The notes beneath the pieces are model-generated. The model had not been told where the DNA came from and searched no databases. It worked only from the letters and a program-made list of their open reading frames with translations. A stretch of 64,000 nt of DNA from Octopus sinensis (Eukaryota): NCBI RefSeq assembly GCF_006345805.1, contig NC_043021.1, positions 12,152,001 to 12,216,000 on the forward strand, in the 5' to 3' direction. The position numbers and the translations under genes were made by a program. Shown piece after piece: positions 52,318 to 64,000 of the stretch (the stretch's first letter is position 1; every line of letters starts with the position of its first letter).

Positions 52318-52750
52318 TCCTCATCATCATCGTTTAACATCTGCTTTCCATGCTAGCATGGGTTGGATGTGTGACTGAGGGCTGGCGAACCAGATGGCTG
52401 CACCAGGCTTCAATCTTGATCTGGCAGAGTTTCTACAGCTGAATGCCCTTCCTAATGCCAACCACTCTGAGAGTGTAGTGGGTGCTTTTACATGCCACCG
52501 GCACAGGACCAGCCAGGTGGCACTAGCAACAACCTCACTCGAATCTTTTACACATGCCACCGGCGTGGGTGCCAGTAAGGCGATGCTGGTAACGATCATG
52601 CTCGAATGGTGTTTTTTACGTGCCACTGGCACAGAGGCCAGATAGCCGCTCTGGCAACGATCACGCTCGGATGGTGCTCTTAATACCCTACTAGCATGGG
52701 GCTCGAGTGCCAGTAGTGGGATGCTGGTAATGATCACGCTCGAATGGTGC
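52318..52750 (-). mobile_element. Non-autonomous retroelement family D with (GAT)n tail and internal tandem subunits of about 60 bp. Other copies at about 7655-7990, 10670-10975, 15858-16090, 52950-53200 and 61080-61315
   Basis: Shared GGATGCCCTTCCTAA(C/T)GCCAACCAC core and GTTAAACGATGATG tail. Confidence 0.8.
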
Positions 52751-52751
52751 C

Positions 52752-52790
<39 letters not shown>

Positions 52791-55426
52791 TAAAGTTTAG
52801 GGTTATTCCAAAGATTATTAAGAAGAATATTTATGAATTTATGTTTCTTCCACCCTTAATGCTACCAGCCATGGAGGTCCTGTAATAACAGTCATGGCCA
52901 CTGCCTCTCATCCTGTAAGGTATATATGCATATGTGTATCATCATGATCATCATCATTTAACGTCCATTTTCCATGCTGGAATGGGTTGGATGGTTTGAC
53001 AGGAACTGGTCGGCTGAAGAGCTGCTCTGGCTCCACGTCTATTTTGATATGGTTTCGATGGTCGGATGCCCTTCCTAATGCCAATCACATTACAGAGTGT
53101 ACTGGGTGCTTTTACACAACCTTGGCACAGGCACTTTCATGTGGTACCAGAACAGGTCTTTTTACATGGCACCAGCACCTACAAGCCTGCAGGAGTAGGA
53201 CTGGTCAGCTGAAGAGGAATGTAAGGGACATGTCTTGTATGCAAGGACAACCAAAATTTTACTTAGCTTGACATGTCTTCTCAAGCCCAGCAAACCGCCA
53301 GAAGTCTCGGTCTCATATATATAACATATGGGACCAAGGGTGGTTATTGATGGGTTTGTGTCAAAAGGGTTATGCTATCAGTTATTTTACTAAATCCATC
53401 GCTATTTTTAAAATGTATTTGTGTATGCATGTGTGTAGAGTATAATCTGCCTTGGGTATGACAATAAGTTGCATCCTAGAGTGAGGCCCCAGTTGTGGTG
53501 TTGTGGGGAACATTAAGTAACCCCTTAATTACCATTACCCCCAAGTCCATTCTGATCTGGAATGGTAGTAGCTATCAGGGTCTCATCTATGGGTTAAAAA
53601 GATTTTCCAAGGGAAGAGGAGGCTCCCAATATTTTTGACAAAGCTGTGGGGGAAAGCAGCTCTTCTAAGAGAAAGATACTCTGACATAAACCTTACAGTC
53701 AATACTGTGCCAGTTGTCTTGCAGTGTTTGTCACAGGAACCTACTATGGTAACCGAAAGAGTGACAAAAGTGTTGTACAAGCTTCTATCACTTAAATCCA
53801 TTGATGTATAGATGTCTCACTGTTGTTTCTGTGAGATGGCTACATATATATATATACATACAAAAACATGTGTGTATATATATGTGTATATATGTCTATG
53901 TATGTATGTATATATATGTCTGACTGTGTGTGTATGTATTTATATGTGTGTGTGTATGTGTAGACACAAATTGGTTCAACAGTTAAGAAGTTTACTTTAT
54001 TGCCATGAGTTAGTGGGTTCAATCCCACGGCATGCCATCTTGGGCAAGAGTCATTTTCTGTAGCTACAGGTTGACCTATTATGTGTAACTGGAAACGATG
54101 TAGACACCTGCCAGGTGGATTATACCTTGTCATTTAAAAGGTGCAGCTTTGACACACTCTGTGTCATACTAGTTAACCCTGAGAATTACGCATGGCTGGG
54201 TACGCAGTAAAAAAATTTGCTGAATAGCTGTCTGGTACCACTGGGGTCTGATACTGCATGCTATCTCGAGAAAGTGTCTTCTACCATAAGCTTTGAGTTA
54301 GCTGATATCGTGTGAGTGGAATTTGGTAAATGGAAACTGTATAGAAGCCCATGTATGTGTGTGAATGTAAATTATGTATTTATATAAAGACCTGGCACTC
54401 TGTCGGTCATGTCAATGAGGGTTCCAGTTGATCTGATCGACAGAATAGCGTGCTTGTGAAATTAACATGCAAGTGGCTGAGCGTTCCACAGACATGTGTA
54501 CCCTTAACGTAGTTCTCAGGGAGATTCAGCATGACACAGAATCTTTCCTTTTCTCCTCAAGACACAAGGCCCAAAATTTTTCAGGAAGGGGGACAAGGGC
54601 ACAAAGTACTGCTGGAATTGAACTCATGACTTTACGAATGTGTATCAAATACCCTAACCGTTATGCCATACACCTTCACCACACACACGTGCATGTGTAT
54701 ATGAAGGTATGTACCTTTTGCTGATGTATGTTTACATCATCATGAGTGATGCAAGCATCTGTAAGAAAATTGGATGATGAAAAAGGGCGGTGAGCTGGCA
54801 GAAACGTTAGCACACCGGGCGAAATGCTTAGCAGTATTTCGTCTGTCTTTACATTCTGAGTTCAAATTCCGCCGAGGTCAACTTTGCCTTTCATCCTTTT
54901 GGGATCGATAAATTAAGTACCAGTTGCGCACTGGGGTCGATGTAATCGACTTCATCCCTTTGTCTGTCCTTGTTTGTCCCCTCTATGCTTAGCCCCTTGT
55001 GGACAATAAAGAAATAAGAAAATTGGAGGATAAAAAAAACAAACACAAAAAACAGCGCTCATTTTGACTGATTTAAATCCATTGAGATATTTTTTTCTGC
55101 ATTTCCTTGTTGCTTTTACCATCAAAATTGCTGTGAATCAGTGAGTGGTCCAGTTGGGAATCTATTACAATATGAATAATAAACTTTTTATTTTAACATA
55201 TGTTGCTGGGATTTCTAGGGAATTTAAGAACAAAAGAAAATAACGATAATAATAACAACAACAAAAACAATAACAATAATAATAATTATAATATCATTTC
55301 TAATCTTATTTCTGTAGTAACAATGTTTTGGTTAATAAAAATCATTAACCGCATTTTCAACTGTCATATTATTGCATATTTATATATCTATATTCTTATA
55401 TATGTTTAATGGTGTATATAATATAG

Positions 55427-55516
55427 GTTTGTACTGAAAGATGATAGCAACACCTCTTCACTTAATGAATACTCACCAACAGCTGTTGCTAAAATGAAGA
55501 GCGGTGGTAACGCTAA
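55427..55516 (+). CDS. INO80B: INO80B coding exon 3 (90 nt, phase 2-2; FVLKDDSNTSSLNEYSPTAVAKMKSGGNA)
   Basis: tag acceptor, gtaagt donor, open in the frame required by exons 2 and 4. No recognisable conserved motif. Confidence 0.6.
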
Positions 55517-56864
55517 GTAAGTTCGTTAACTATTTTTGTTTCATGTTTGTGTGTTGGTGTTGTTGTTTTGCCCGCAGACATCAAGCCTAGCCCAGCACGG
55601 CTGACCTGGGGCTTTACAAAGGCATTCCAGCCTTTTCCGCTCTGTCTTTTATGTATATCTAGGACTAATGTCATCCAACTTTTTTCCTTTCTGTTTTAGT
55701 TTTTTAAAATGGAAAGGTGTGATTTTGGGGGTTGCTTGGCTGCTGTTTTTAACAGGTCAAAGCAGATGTTACAGAGCAGTGGCGCTCAAAACGGTGTGCT
55801 GCTTGCTGCTGCACACTGACTTCATCAGAAGGCATATGTAGGTGTGTTGTGGGGTTTTTGAAAATATAATTTTTAAGGTTTTAGCAAAATTTGTACTAAT
55901 GCTTGAGTATTCTGGAAAACATGTTATTCAAAATTTTTGACATACACAAATATTACTAATAAGATGAGATAAGCATCATCATCATCATCATCATCAACAT
56001 CCTCATCCTTTTCATCATCATCATCATCATATTATTATTTAACATCCTTTTCTGTATGCTTGCATGGTTCAGACAGAATTTGTTGAAGCAAGTTTACCTT
56101 GGCTGGATGTCCTTCCTGTTGCTAACCCTCACCTGTTTTTATAAACAAAGTTAATATTTTCTCCTCATGGCTGGACATGTTCCCAAGGAAGACTGCAAAC
56201 GGATAACATAGGTTGTCTGGTGGTGACACTTGTTTACAGTAATTATGCCAAATTGGCTTCAAATTCTGGCATAAGGCCAGCTGGTTTGGGAGAAGGGCTA
56301 AGTCAATTATATTGACCCCCCCCCCCCACTTCCCCAGTGTTTGACTGGTACTTATTTTATTGACCCTGAAAGGAGAAAAGGCAAAATCGACCTCAGCAGA
56401 ATTTGAATTCAGAGCCTGAAGACAGTTGAAATGCTGCCAAACATTTCACCCGGCATGCTAATGATTGCTATCATACAATATTAAAATATAGAAAGGCGAC
56501 GAGTTGGCAGAAATGTTAGCACACTAGGCGAAATGCTTAGCAGTATTTCGTCTGTCTTTACGTTCTGAGTTCAAATTCCACTGAGGTCGACTTTGCCTTT
56601 CATCCTTTTGGGGTCGATAAATTAAGTACCAGTTGCACACTGGGGTCAATCTAATCGACTGGTCCTCTCCCCAAAAATTTCGAGCCTAGAGTGGAAAAGA
56701 ATATTAAAATATGGAGATGCAAACTCAAATGCACATACACACAAGCACACCATTTTAATGTCCACTTTTCTCTGCTTGCATGGGCTGGATGGAGTTTATT
56801 GAGGCAGATTTTCTATAGCTGAATGCCTTTCCTATCATTAACCCTCACCTGTTTCTAAGGAACG

Positions 56865-57220
56865 TTTATGGCGAGTTAATGCGGAAATTACAACTCTTAT
56901 AGCCTGACAATGAATTCTCGTTATTTGTACTTACCATCATAGGTTACGTACAAACAAATTTGCATGAAAGCCTAGAAATATTCAGTTTCATGGAGAAAGA
57001 GCAAAAGAAATGACCAGGATTTTCCAAATTCAATCTATTAGAGTTGCAGTGAAAATTTCTAAGACATTCAAAAAATTCTCCATCTGAAATTCTTATGAGA
57101 ATAGATGCACACACTTGGTTGTATGCATCGACAGTTCAACGAACATAGCAACTCAACCACATATTTACAAACACTGGCAACTCTCTCAGCTCAAAGAGTC
57201 TTGTTGCTATATTAGTGACT
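56865..57220 (+). mobile_element. Possible Tc1-like 5' relic (HTH fragment)
   Basis: FLRHSKNSPSEILMRIDAH..YASTVQRT resembles the Tc1 N-terminal HTH. No clear TIR pair found. Confidence 0.3.
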
Positions 57221-57599
57221 GACTTGCACTCTCTTCAGTTGAACTTGAATAAAACTCATACTTGAAGAAAAACCATACACACATATATATATACACACAA
57301 ACACATGACTGGCTTCTTTCAGTTTTTGTCTACCAGATCCACTCACAATGCTTTGGTCAACTTGGGTTGGGCTATTGTAGACAAGACCTTCCCAAGAAGC
57401 ACACTTCTTAATCATACAGCTATGCCTTTGTCTTAAGTGATTAGTTTCAATATTTTTTCTAGATTTTTCTCTATGAAAGACCTTCCCTGTCATGTGCACC
57501 AGTAGTTTTTTTTTTCTTTTCTTTCTGTTTACATTTCAGAAGACCATGAAATGCAAAAGGTAAAGTTCAACTGATGTAGAGGCTGTTTTATAATATAGG

Positions 57600-58660
57600 T
57601 ACAATATTGATTTTCCAGAAGCTTTGGTTCGAAAATACCTGGCTGTTGTTGTCGTTCCTTACTACCGCCTCCAGGTGCTCAGCTTCTTCCGCCCAGAACT
57701 TCTCCTGGTCATCTGAGATGGCATTGTTACGTATCTGGTTGAGCCGGTGGTACTCATTCATGTTGCTATGCATGTGAGCCTTGTGGCAACAATTAATTAT
57801 CTCCAGCATCCACATTGAGATTCAGGGCCACTTGGGAAGAAGTCTTGGGTTTACTAGGACATCACGTGTAGACTTGTTGACACTTGATTTGGAGATCCCT
57901 CAGTTGTCAGTCTCATTCTTGGCCAGGGTGCCAAAGCGATTGGTGATAGAGCATGTGAATGTTGAGGTGATGTTGGGATCACAGAGACAGGATGAGTCAG
58001 GGTGAGGCTGGTACTTCAATGTTTAGTTCCACAACCATTCTAGATTACTGGTTTTTCCAAACTAGAAATGATCATCTTGGTTAGCACATTCTAAATTAGA
58101 TAAATATTAAATTTATTTAAATAATTAAACGAAATGCAGGTATTTGTACAGCAATATAAATGATACAAGTTTATTAATACAGTACTGTGGTTAAATGGCC
58201 ATGAATTTGAAGATCCTGCTTATAAATTCTTCTTTTTCTTCTCAAATTCGTTAGCTGGCGACTGGAACGGGGGGCTGCCCTCTCAACCAATATGCTGCTG
58301 TGAGTGCTGTTGGATGATGGACTCTGATTTATGATGTTATTCCAAGCTTTTTGGCCCATGTCACTTGCTCTAGCATGCTTGAAGTCAAGGCGCTGTGAAC
58401 TCAAGTCTTCCTCAGTTTGCTCTGCCCATGTTTTCTTTGGTGCGCTGCATTAGATTCTCCAGTGTGTGAGTCACTGCTTCCACAAAAGTCGGTGTGGTAG
58501 TCTTCTGGTACTCATCCTGCAGACATGGCCAAACCACTGCTGGACTTGGCCCTCAATAGTCAGCTGCAGCTGGCATTGTTCTCAGATGTATATTAGTGCA
58601 GAATATAGGAGGTTCCAGATCAGTGTCTGGAAAATCCGTGTTGTATCTGTATATGCCTTT
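57600..58660 (-). mobile_element. Two RTE-clade LINE fragments (57600-58010 linker region; 58190-58660 C-terminus)
   Basis: EYHRLNQIRNNAISDDQEKFWAEEAEHLE; QWFGHVCRM...RLPHRLLW...APKKTWAEQTEEDL. Confidence 0.75.
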
Positions 58661-60166
58661 GTTAGATAAATATGTTGAAATGTAACAAATATTACTTTGA
58701 CTAATAGATGTCACAAACCAATAACGGGGAATCTTTATATGGTTGAAATAGCAGCCAGGTTCCCTCTTACCACACAGCTATGAACTATAAGTAACCCTTG
58801 TTAAAGTATGCCTGAAATAATATAGGACAGGCTGTTCACTGCTGGAATGTCTTTTGATTAGGATATTGTTCTGCTCGAACAGGGTTAACTTGGAGGTTCA
58901 ATAACAACATATCCAATGACTATTGAATATCATATAGGGATGTCATAGTTGTGTGGTTGAGTGACATTAAAAAAACTATGCAACAAATCACTGAAGATTT
59001 TTATGATTCAGTGGTGCTGTCTGCATGAAAGGACAATAGTCAAGTTATTGTTAATATGTTTAATCTAGTGAGTGTCACAAATCTAATCTAATAAGAAATA
59101 ATTATGCAGTAAGGGAAAAGATGACTAACTTAGTGACTAATATTGTTTTAATCATTTTGGCAAGTATGGGAGACAACTGTGGACATGTTTCAATCTTTTT
59201 TTAGACCTTTTCAGTGAGTCAAACTTTTCTGTGCTTTTAATAAGGCTGATACCTGTTTGGAGTTGTGTCCCTTACTTATGAAATGACCTGCTCAATGGCA
59301 GATATTTTAAAATTGTTTTTTTCCGCATAGCATAAATATTGATTTATGATGTACATTATTCAAATATGTTAACACAAGGCCACAAATTTTGCAGAAGGTG
59401 GGGTGGACTGTGGTATAGTTGGGTATCTTGACTCCAATACTTGACCACTACATGTTTTATCTCTTCTGGAAGAAGGAAAGTCAGAATGGACCATGTCAGG
59501 ATTTGAACTCTGAACTCAGAAGTCAGCTACTAAATACAATGAAACAAGTTGTATGTCACATTACAGATTCTGCCACTTCATCAGAAATTGGGTGGTTGAT
59601 GGTGGAGTTGTTAGCATGTTTGTTATATGTTGCAGTATTTCCTCTGGGTCTTTAATATTTTGGGTTGAAATCCTGCTGAGCTGAACTTTGCCTTTTGTTC
59701 CTCCATGGTCAGTATTGATTTCATTAGAAATCAATATCACATGTTAATCTTGCTCAATATTTACTTCATATAAGGTGGTGAACTGGCAGAGTCATTAACA
59801 TGCAAGACAAAATGCTTAGCAGCATTTCATCTGACTTTACATTCTGAGTTCAAATACAACCAGAGTCAGTTGTTCCTTTCTTCCTTTTGGAGTCAATAAA
59901 ATAGGTACCAGCTGGGCATTGGGGTTGATGTAATTGACTTCCCCCTTTCCCTAAAATTGCTGGTTTTGTGCTAAAATTTGAAGTCAATATTTACTTCAAA
60001 TGCAGGGCTTTCTCACCCCACCCCTATGGAATTGTACTTGAAGTACCTTCTTACCTTAAATGTTGTGACAGTCAAGCAAATATTCTTTTTGTTGTTTCGT
60101 TGCAAGTAAGCAAGTTCACTTTAGAGTATTGTGTTTAACAACTTTTTCTTCTCTTCATTCCTTCAG

Positions 60167-60315
60167 GCTGGCTTCCCTGGAAGACGAACCGGTCGATGTT
60201 GATGACACCCAGTTACCTGATCCCTTAGCGTCTGCTATCCACCCCAGTTACTTGACTTCAAACAGTATAATTTCTGGCATAATGGCACCAAGTATCAACC
60301 CATGGGGATCATCGA
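60167..60315 (+). CDS. INO80B: INO80B coding exon 4 (LASLEDEPVDVDDTQLPDP...INPWGSS)
   Basis: Strong pyrimidine tract + cag acceptor, gtgagt donor, phase 2 to 1 consistent with its neighbours. The acidic EDEPVDVD segment resembles the INO80B linker. Confidence 0.75.
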
Positions 60316-61694
60316 GTGAGTATCTAACCCTTTAATGTTCAAACCGGCCATACAGCCCAAATATTCTACTAGGAATTTGTATCATCGAACCAGGGTTGGT
60401 TTCAGGTGGGTTGGTATAAAAAGATGTAAAGTTGATCTGATTGACCACTAATAATTTGCTAGCATTTAGAGTTTTGTTCTTATGCTAGAACTTACTATTT
60501 AGGGTGGTGGGTTAGCAGTCACATGAACATTGGATAAAATAGCATATTGAAAATATATAAGATTCATAGGATAAAAAAAGGATAAAGACCCTTTCTGAGT
60601 CATGTAGACTCATGAAGGTTTGTTTCCTGCTCAAGAACACAACGCAACACCCAGTCTGGAAACGGAACCCATGATCTCACAATCATAAGTGCAACACCTT
60701 AACCACTGAGCCATGCGCCTTCACCTGTGTGTGTGTGTGTATAAATTTGGACTTGGATATCTTATGTTCCTTTCTAGACAAAACATCATCAATTTTCCCT
60801 TTGTCAAAACTGATAACAAGCAAACAGGAAAGAGACAGTGATTAGTAATGCCACACCCTGGAGGAATGAACAAAATGGCGGGAAAATTCCATCACATTTA
60901 CACAAAAGTCTTTGGCTCAGTGTTTTTTTTCTTTCTTCTTGTAATCAGTTATAAAGAAGTTAATATTGATGAAGTCATTTTGTCTTGAGAGGAACACAAG
61001 ATATTCCAGTTCAAATTTTGAAGTTCTCTGTACCTGTGTATTTTTCATTTTGAGATTCTAAAATTAAAGTGCCACATAAAAAGCAATGGTGTGGGTGCTG
61101 GTGCCACACAAAAAGAACTGGTGCTGGTGCCATGTAAAAAGCACCCAGTACACTCTGTAAAGTGGTTGGCATTAGGAAGAGAACCCAACAAAGAAGCCAA
61201 ACTAAGACAGACTATGGAACATGGTGCTGGCCCTGGCCTTGTTAGTTCTTGTCAAGCTGTCCAACCCATGCCAACATGGAAAACGGATGTTAAATGTTGA
61301 TGTGATGATGATGAACCTGAAGAAGACATACTGTCAAAATATTGTTCAATCAAATAAAACCGTTGATCTGTATTTATCATCATATTGTGTTCGTCTTATG
61401 GTGTATATCCCTTTGTGCAGAATTACATCACTCTTCGTAAATTACTGCTACTAAGATGGCAAGCAGGCAGGGTTTTTAGCATGCTGGTCAAAATGCTTAG
61501 CAGCATTTTGTCCATCTTTATGTTCTGAGTTCAAATTCTGCCAAGGCTGACTTTGCTTTACATCTTTACAGGGTTGATAAAGTAAGTACCAGTTGAGCAC
61601 AAGCGTTGATGTAAACAGCTTACCCCTGCCCCTAAAGCTGCTGACCTTGTGCCAAAGTTTGAAACCTAATGGCAAATAATAGAAATCATCATCA

Positions 61695-61737
<43 letters not shown>

Positions 61738-61738
<1 letters not shown>

Positions 61739-61957
61739 CCTTTCATTACTTTATTTATTTTGAGATGCTCTGTATTTCTTTCAATTACTTTAAATACAAC
61801 AAAGAGTTTAGTAAAATAACTCAGTTTTCATTAAGCTAGTGTTAGGAACATAAATTGTGATAAAGGTTTGGTGTAAGATTTTAATTCAAAACGTATGAAA
61901 ACAAGACATTTGTACCCAGAATCAGAGCCAGTTTCAGCCAGGCTGGTATCAAAACAG
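61738..61957. mobile_element. piggyBac-like MITE, diverged copy of the 14.2-14.6 kb family
   Basis: TTAA|CCC... internal sequence matches copies 1 and 2; ends CTGGTATCAAAACAG|TTAA. Confidence 0.7.
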
Positions 61958-62269
61958 TTAAGGTGATAAGCTGGTAGAATTGTCTGCACATTTGATAAAA
62001 TGCTTAGCAGCATGTCATCCATCTGAACATTTTGAGTTCATATTCCGCTGATGTCGACTTTGTCTTTAATCCTTTTGAGGTTGACAAAATAAGTACCACT
62101 TGAGCACTGGAATCGATGTAATCAACTTACTCCCTCCTTCAGAATTACTGGCCTTATGCCAAAATTTGAAACAATCGTTGTTGTTGTTATGATCATTGTA
62201 GTCATTTAATTGGTTATATAAGAGTAATTCTAATGTTGTTTTTGTCTGTTTATTCCACTAATATCTTAG

Positions 62270-62445
62270 TTGACTTTGATATGACTCCTGAGAAAGTTGA
62301 AGACACACCTGAAGACGGAGAGGAGAAGAAAGAGGAAACTTCTGATGAAGAACAAGCCTGGTTGGATGCTCTGGAGGCTGGTGAACTGGATGATTTTGGT
62401 GAGATCCGCAAACCTAAAGATCCAAACTTGTTGACAGCGAGACAG
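62270..62445 (+). CDS. INO80B: INO80B coding exon 5 (...EEQAWLDALEAGELDDFGEIRKPKDPNLLTARQ)
   Basis: Matches the conserved INO80B block (human EEQRWLDALEKGELDDNGDL...LLTARQ). ttag acceptor, gtgagt donor. Confidence 0.95.
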
Positions 62446-62686
62446 GTGAGTCAAGGAAACTATTTTTTCTTGTTGTTTTTCTTTTTTTTTACTACAACGT
62501 TTTGTTTACTTCTCTTTCGGAATTGTAGTTGATATTACATTTTTGCCAATTCTACACTTTCTCTCTCTCTTTCTCTTGAAATATATGGTGGGGTTGTGTG
62601 TGCATGTGCATGCATGCGTGTGTGTATGTTTGTGCACACATGCACATGTGTCTGTATTGTCATCATCAGAGGAAAGTGGAAGGGGA

Positions 62687-62812
62687 GGGGCAATGGGCCA
62701 CAAACCCTGGAGCAAATGGTGTGCTCAGCTACACCCTGCAGTGATGACAGTGACAGCGTTGCTGCAGAGAATGGCCAGCGGCACTCACTGCTGCAGCCGC
62801 TCCATCTTGCAG
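62687..62812 (-). mobile_element. Second CRE-like 3' relic in INO80B intron 5
   Basis: Minus strand KMERLQQ*VPLAILCSNAVTVITAGCS* aligns with the 14.9 kb copy. Confidence 0.5.
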
Positions 62813-62975
62813 GTCCCATAATTCAACATTGAATCAGTGACGCCAAACCAGTCGTAACCATTATCTGTTCGGTATGTGTGTGTGTGTGGGGGGGAGTGTT
62901 TCTGTGTGTTTGTGAGAGTGTGTCTTTTCTACATTAATACTTTGAACTTATTGACCCTTTTCTTTTAACCAACAG

Positions 62976-63027
62976 AGGGCATTGCTGCATGGAAAACAAG
63001 AACAAGAACTTCTAGAGTTGCCATCAG
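62976..63027 (+). CDS. INO80B: INO80B coding exon 6 (RALLHGKQEQELLELPS); gene continues beyond the window
   Basis: aacag acceptor, gtaaac donor, phase 0 continues TARQ-RALL as in human INO80B. Confidence 0.88.
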
Positions 63028-64000
63028 GTAAACACACTTAACCTTATTCGCTGGTGTATAACTTGCACCTTTTCTCATTTAAAAAAACATTTTAGAGGAA
63101 ACCCCTGTGTGTTATATACAAAGTTACTTTTTTATGTAAAAGAGTAAAACACTCCTTTCAGTTACAAATGACTATGGGATTGCACCTAGAAAGTTCCCCT
63201 CCGAGGCATAAGTCTGAGCAAGGTTGTTTATGGAAGACCAACAGTTGCTCATGCGTGCCAGTCTCCTCTCTCCACACCACTGATGTTGTCCAAGGGAAAG
63301 GCAAAGGCCAATACAACTTGATACCAGTGACACTGCGACTCATTTTTACAGCTGAGTCAACTGAAGGAAGGGGAAATAAAGTGTCTTGCTCAAGAACACA
63401 ACATACAGCTTGGTCCAGAGATTGAACTCACTACTTCGTGATTATAAGCCTGATACTCAAACCACTGAACCATGTGCTTTCACATACCTCTGGGCTTCTT
63501 GACATGTTGTGTGACTGATCAAAAAGGAAGAGCTTGCTTACACGGTGTCGTTTGTTTCTTGTTTCCCCATGTAAACCCCTCCGAATTTCCCAAACATGTT
63601 TGTTGTTTGATTAGACCAAGGGATTATTACCTTACTGGAATAGAAATGGGTGTTAGTGACAAGAAAGACATCTGGATATAGAAAAATCTACCTCAACATA
63701 CCCTTATCTGACCCATGCTAGCCTGGAAAAATAGATGTTAAAATGATGGTGTGGCTGTGTGGAGGTACTGGCATGGGTAAGAATTTCGCTTCCCAACTAC
63801 ATGATTCTAGGTTCAGTCTCCCTCCATGGTACCTTGGGCAAGAATATTCTACTATAGCCTTGGGCCATTTATGAGTGGATTTGATAGGTGGAGACTGAAA
63901 GAAGCCTGTTGTGTGTGTGTGTTTGTCCCGCACCACTGCTTCACAACCGGTGTTGGTATGTGTGTGTCTCTGTAACTTAGCAGCTCAGCAAAAGAGACTG

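Overview
AT-rich, repeat-dense animal genomic DNA, most likely an octopus. This is inferred from the tRNA-derived SINE families, (TA)n/(ACAT)n microsatellites and long introns. Two protein-coding genes sit head-to-head about 16 kb apart. The first coding exon of a TLC-domain (TLCD1/2-like) membrane protein gene is on the minus strand (19432-19673); I found no further exon, so its intron appears to run off the left edge. Six coding exons of INO80B (Ies2) are on the plus strand (ATG 35620, then 49082, 55427, 60167, 62270 and 62976), all with consistent splice phases, and the gene continues past the window. Most of the remainder is transposon-derived: several SINE families, RTE, CR1 and CRE-like LINE relics, mariner, piggyBac-like and hAT MITEs, a non-autonomous Helitron, a decayed Merlin transposase, and a 1.9-kb foldback element with an 8-bp TSD 753 bp upstream of the INO80B ATG. 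The most striking unexplained structure is a set of short type I hammerhead-ribozyme motifs (11204, 41435, 50976). Two sit at the centre of long palindromes and one lies behind a Pol III B-box. This points to Penelope-like or retrozyme-like non-autonomous retroelements. Each motif carries a core or stem substitution in this copy, so activity is unproven. Nearly all ORFs in the supplied track are microsatellite or repeat artefacts.
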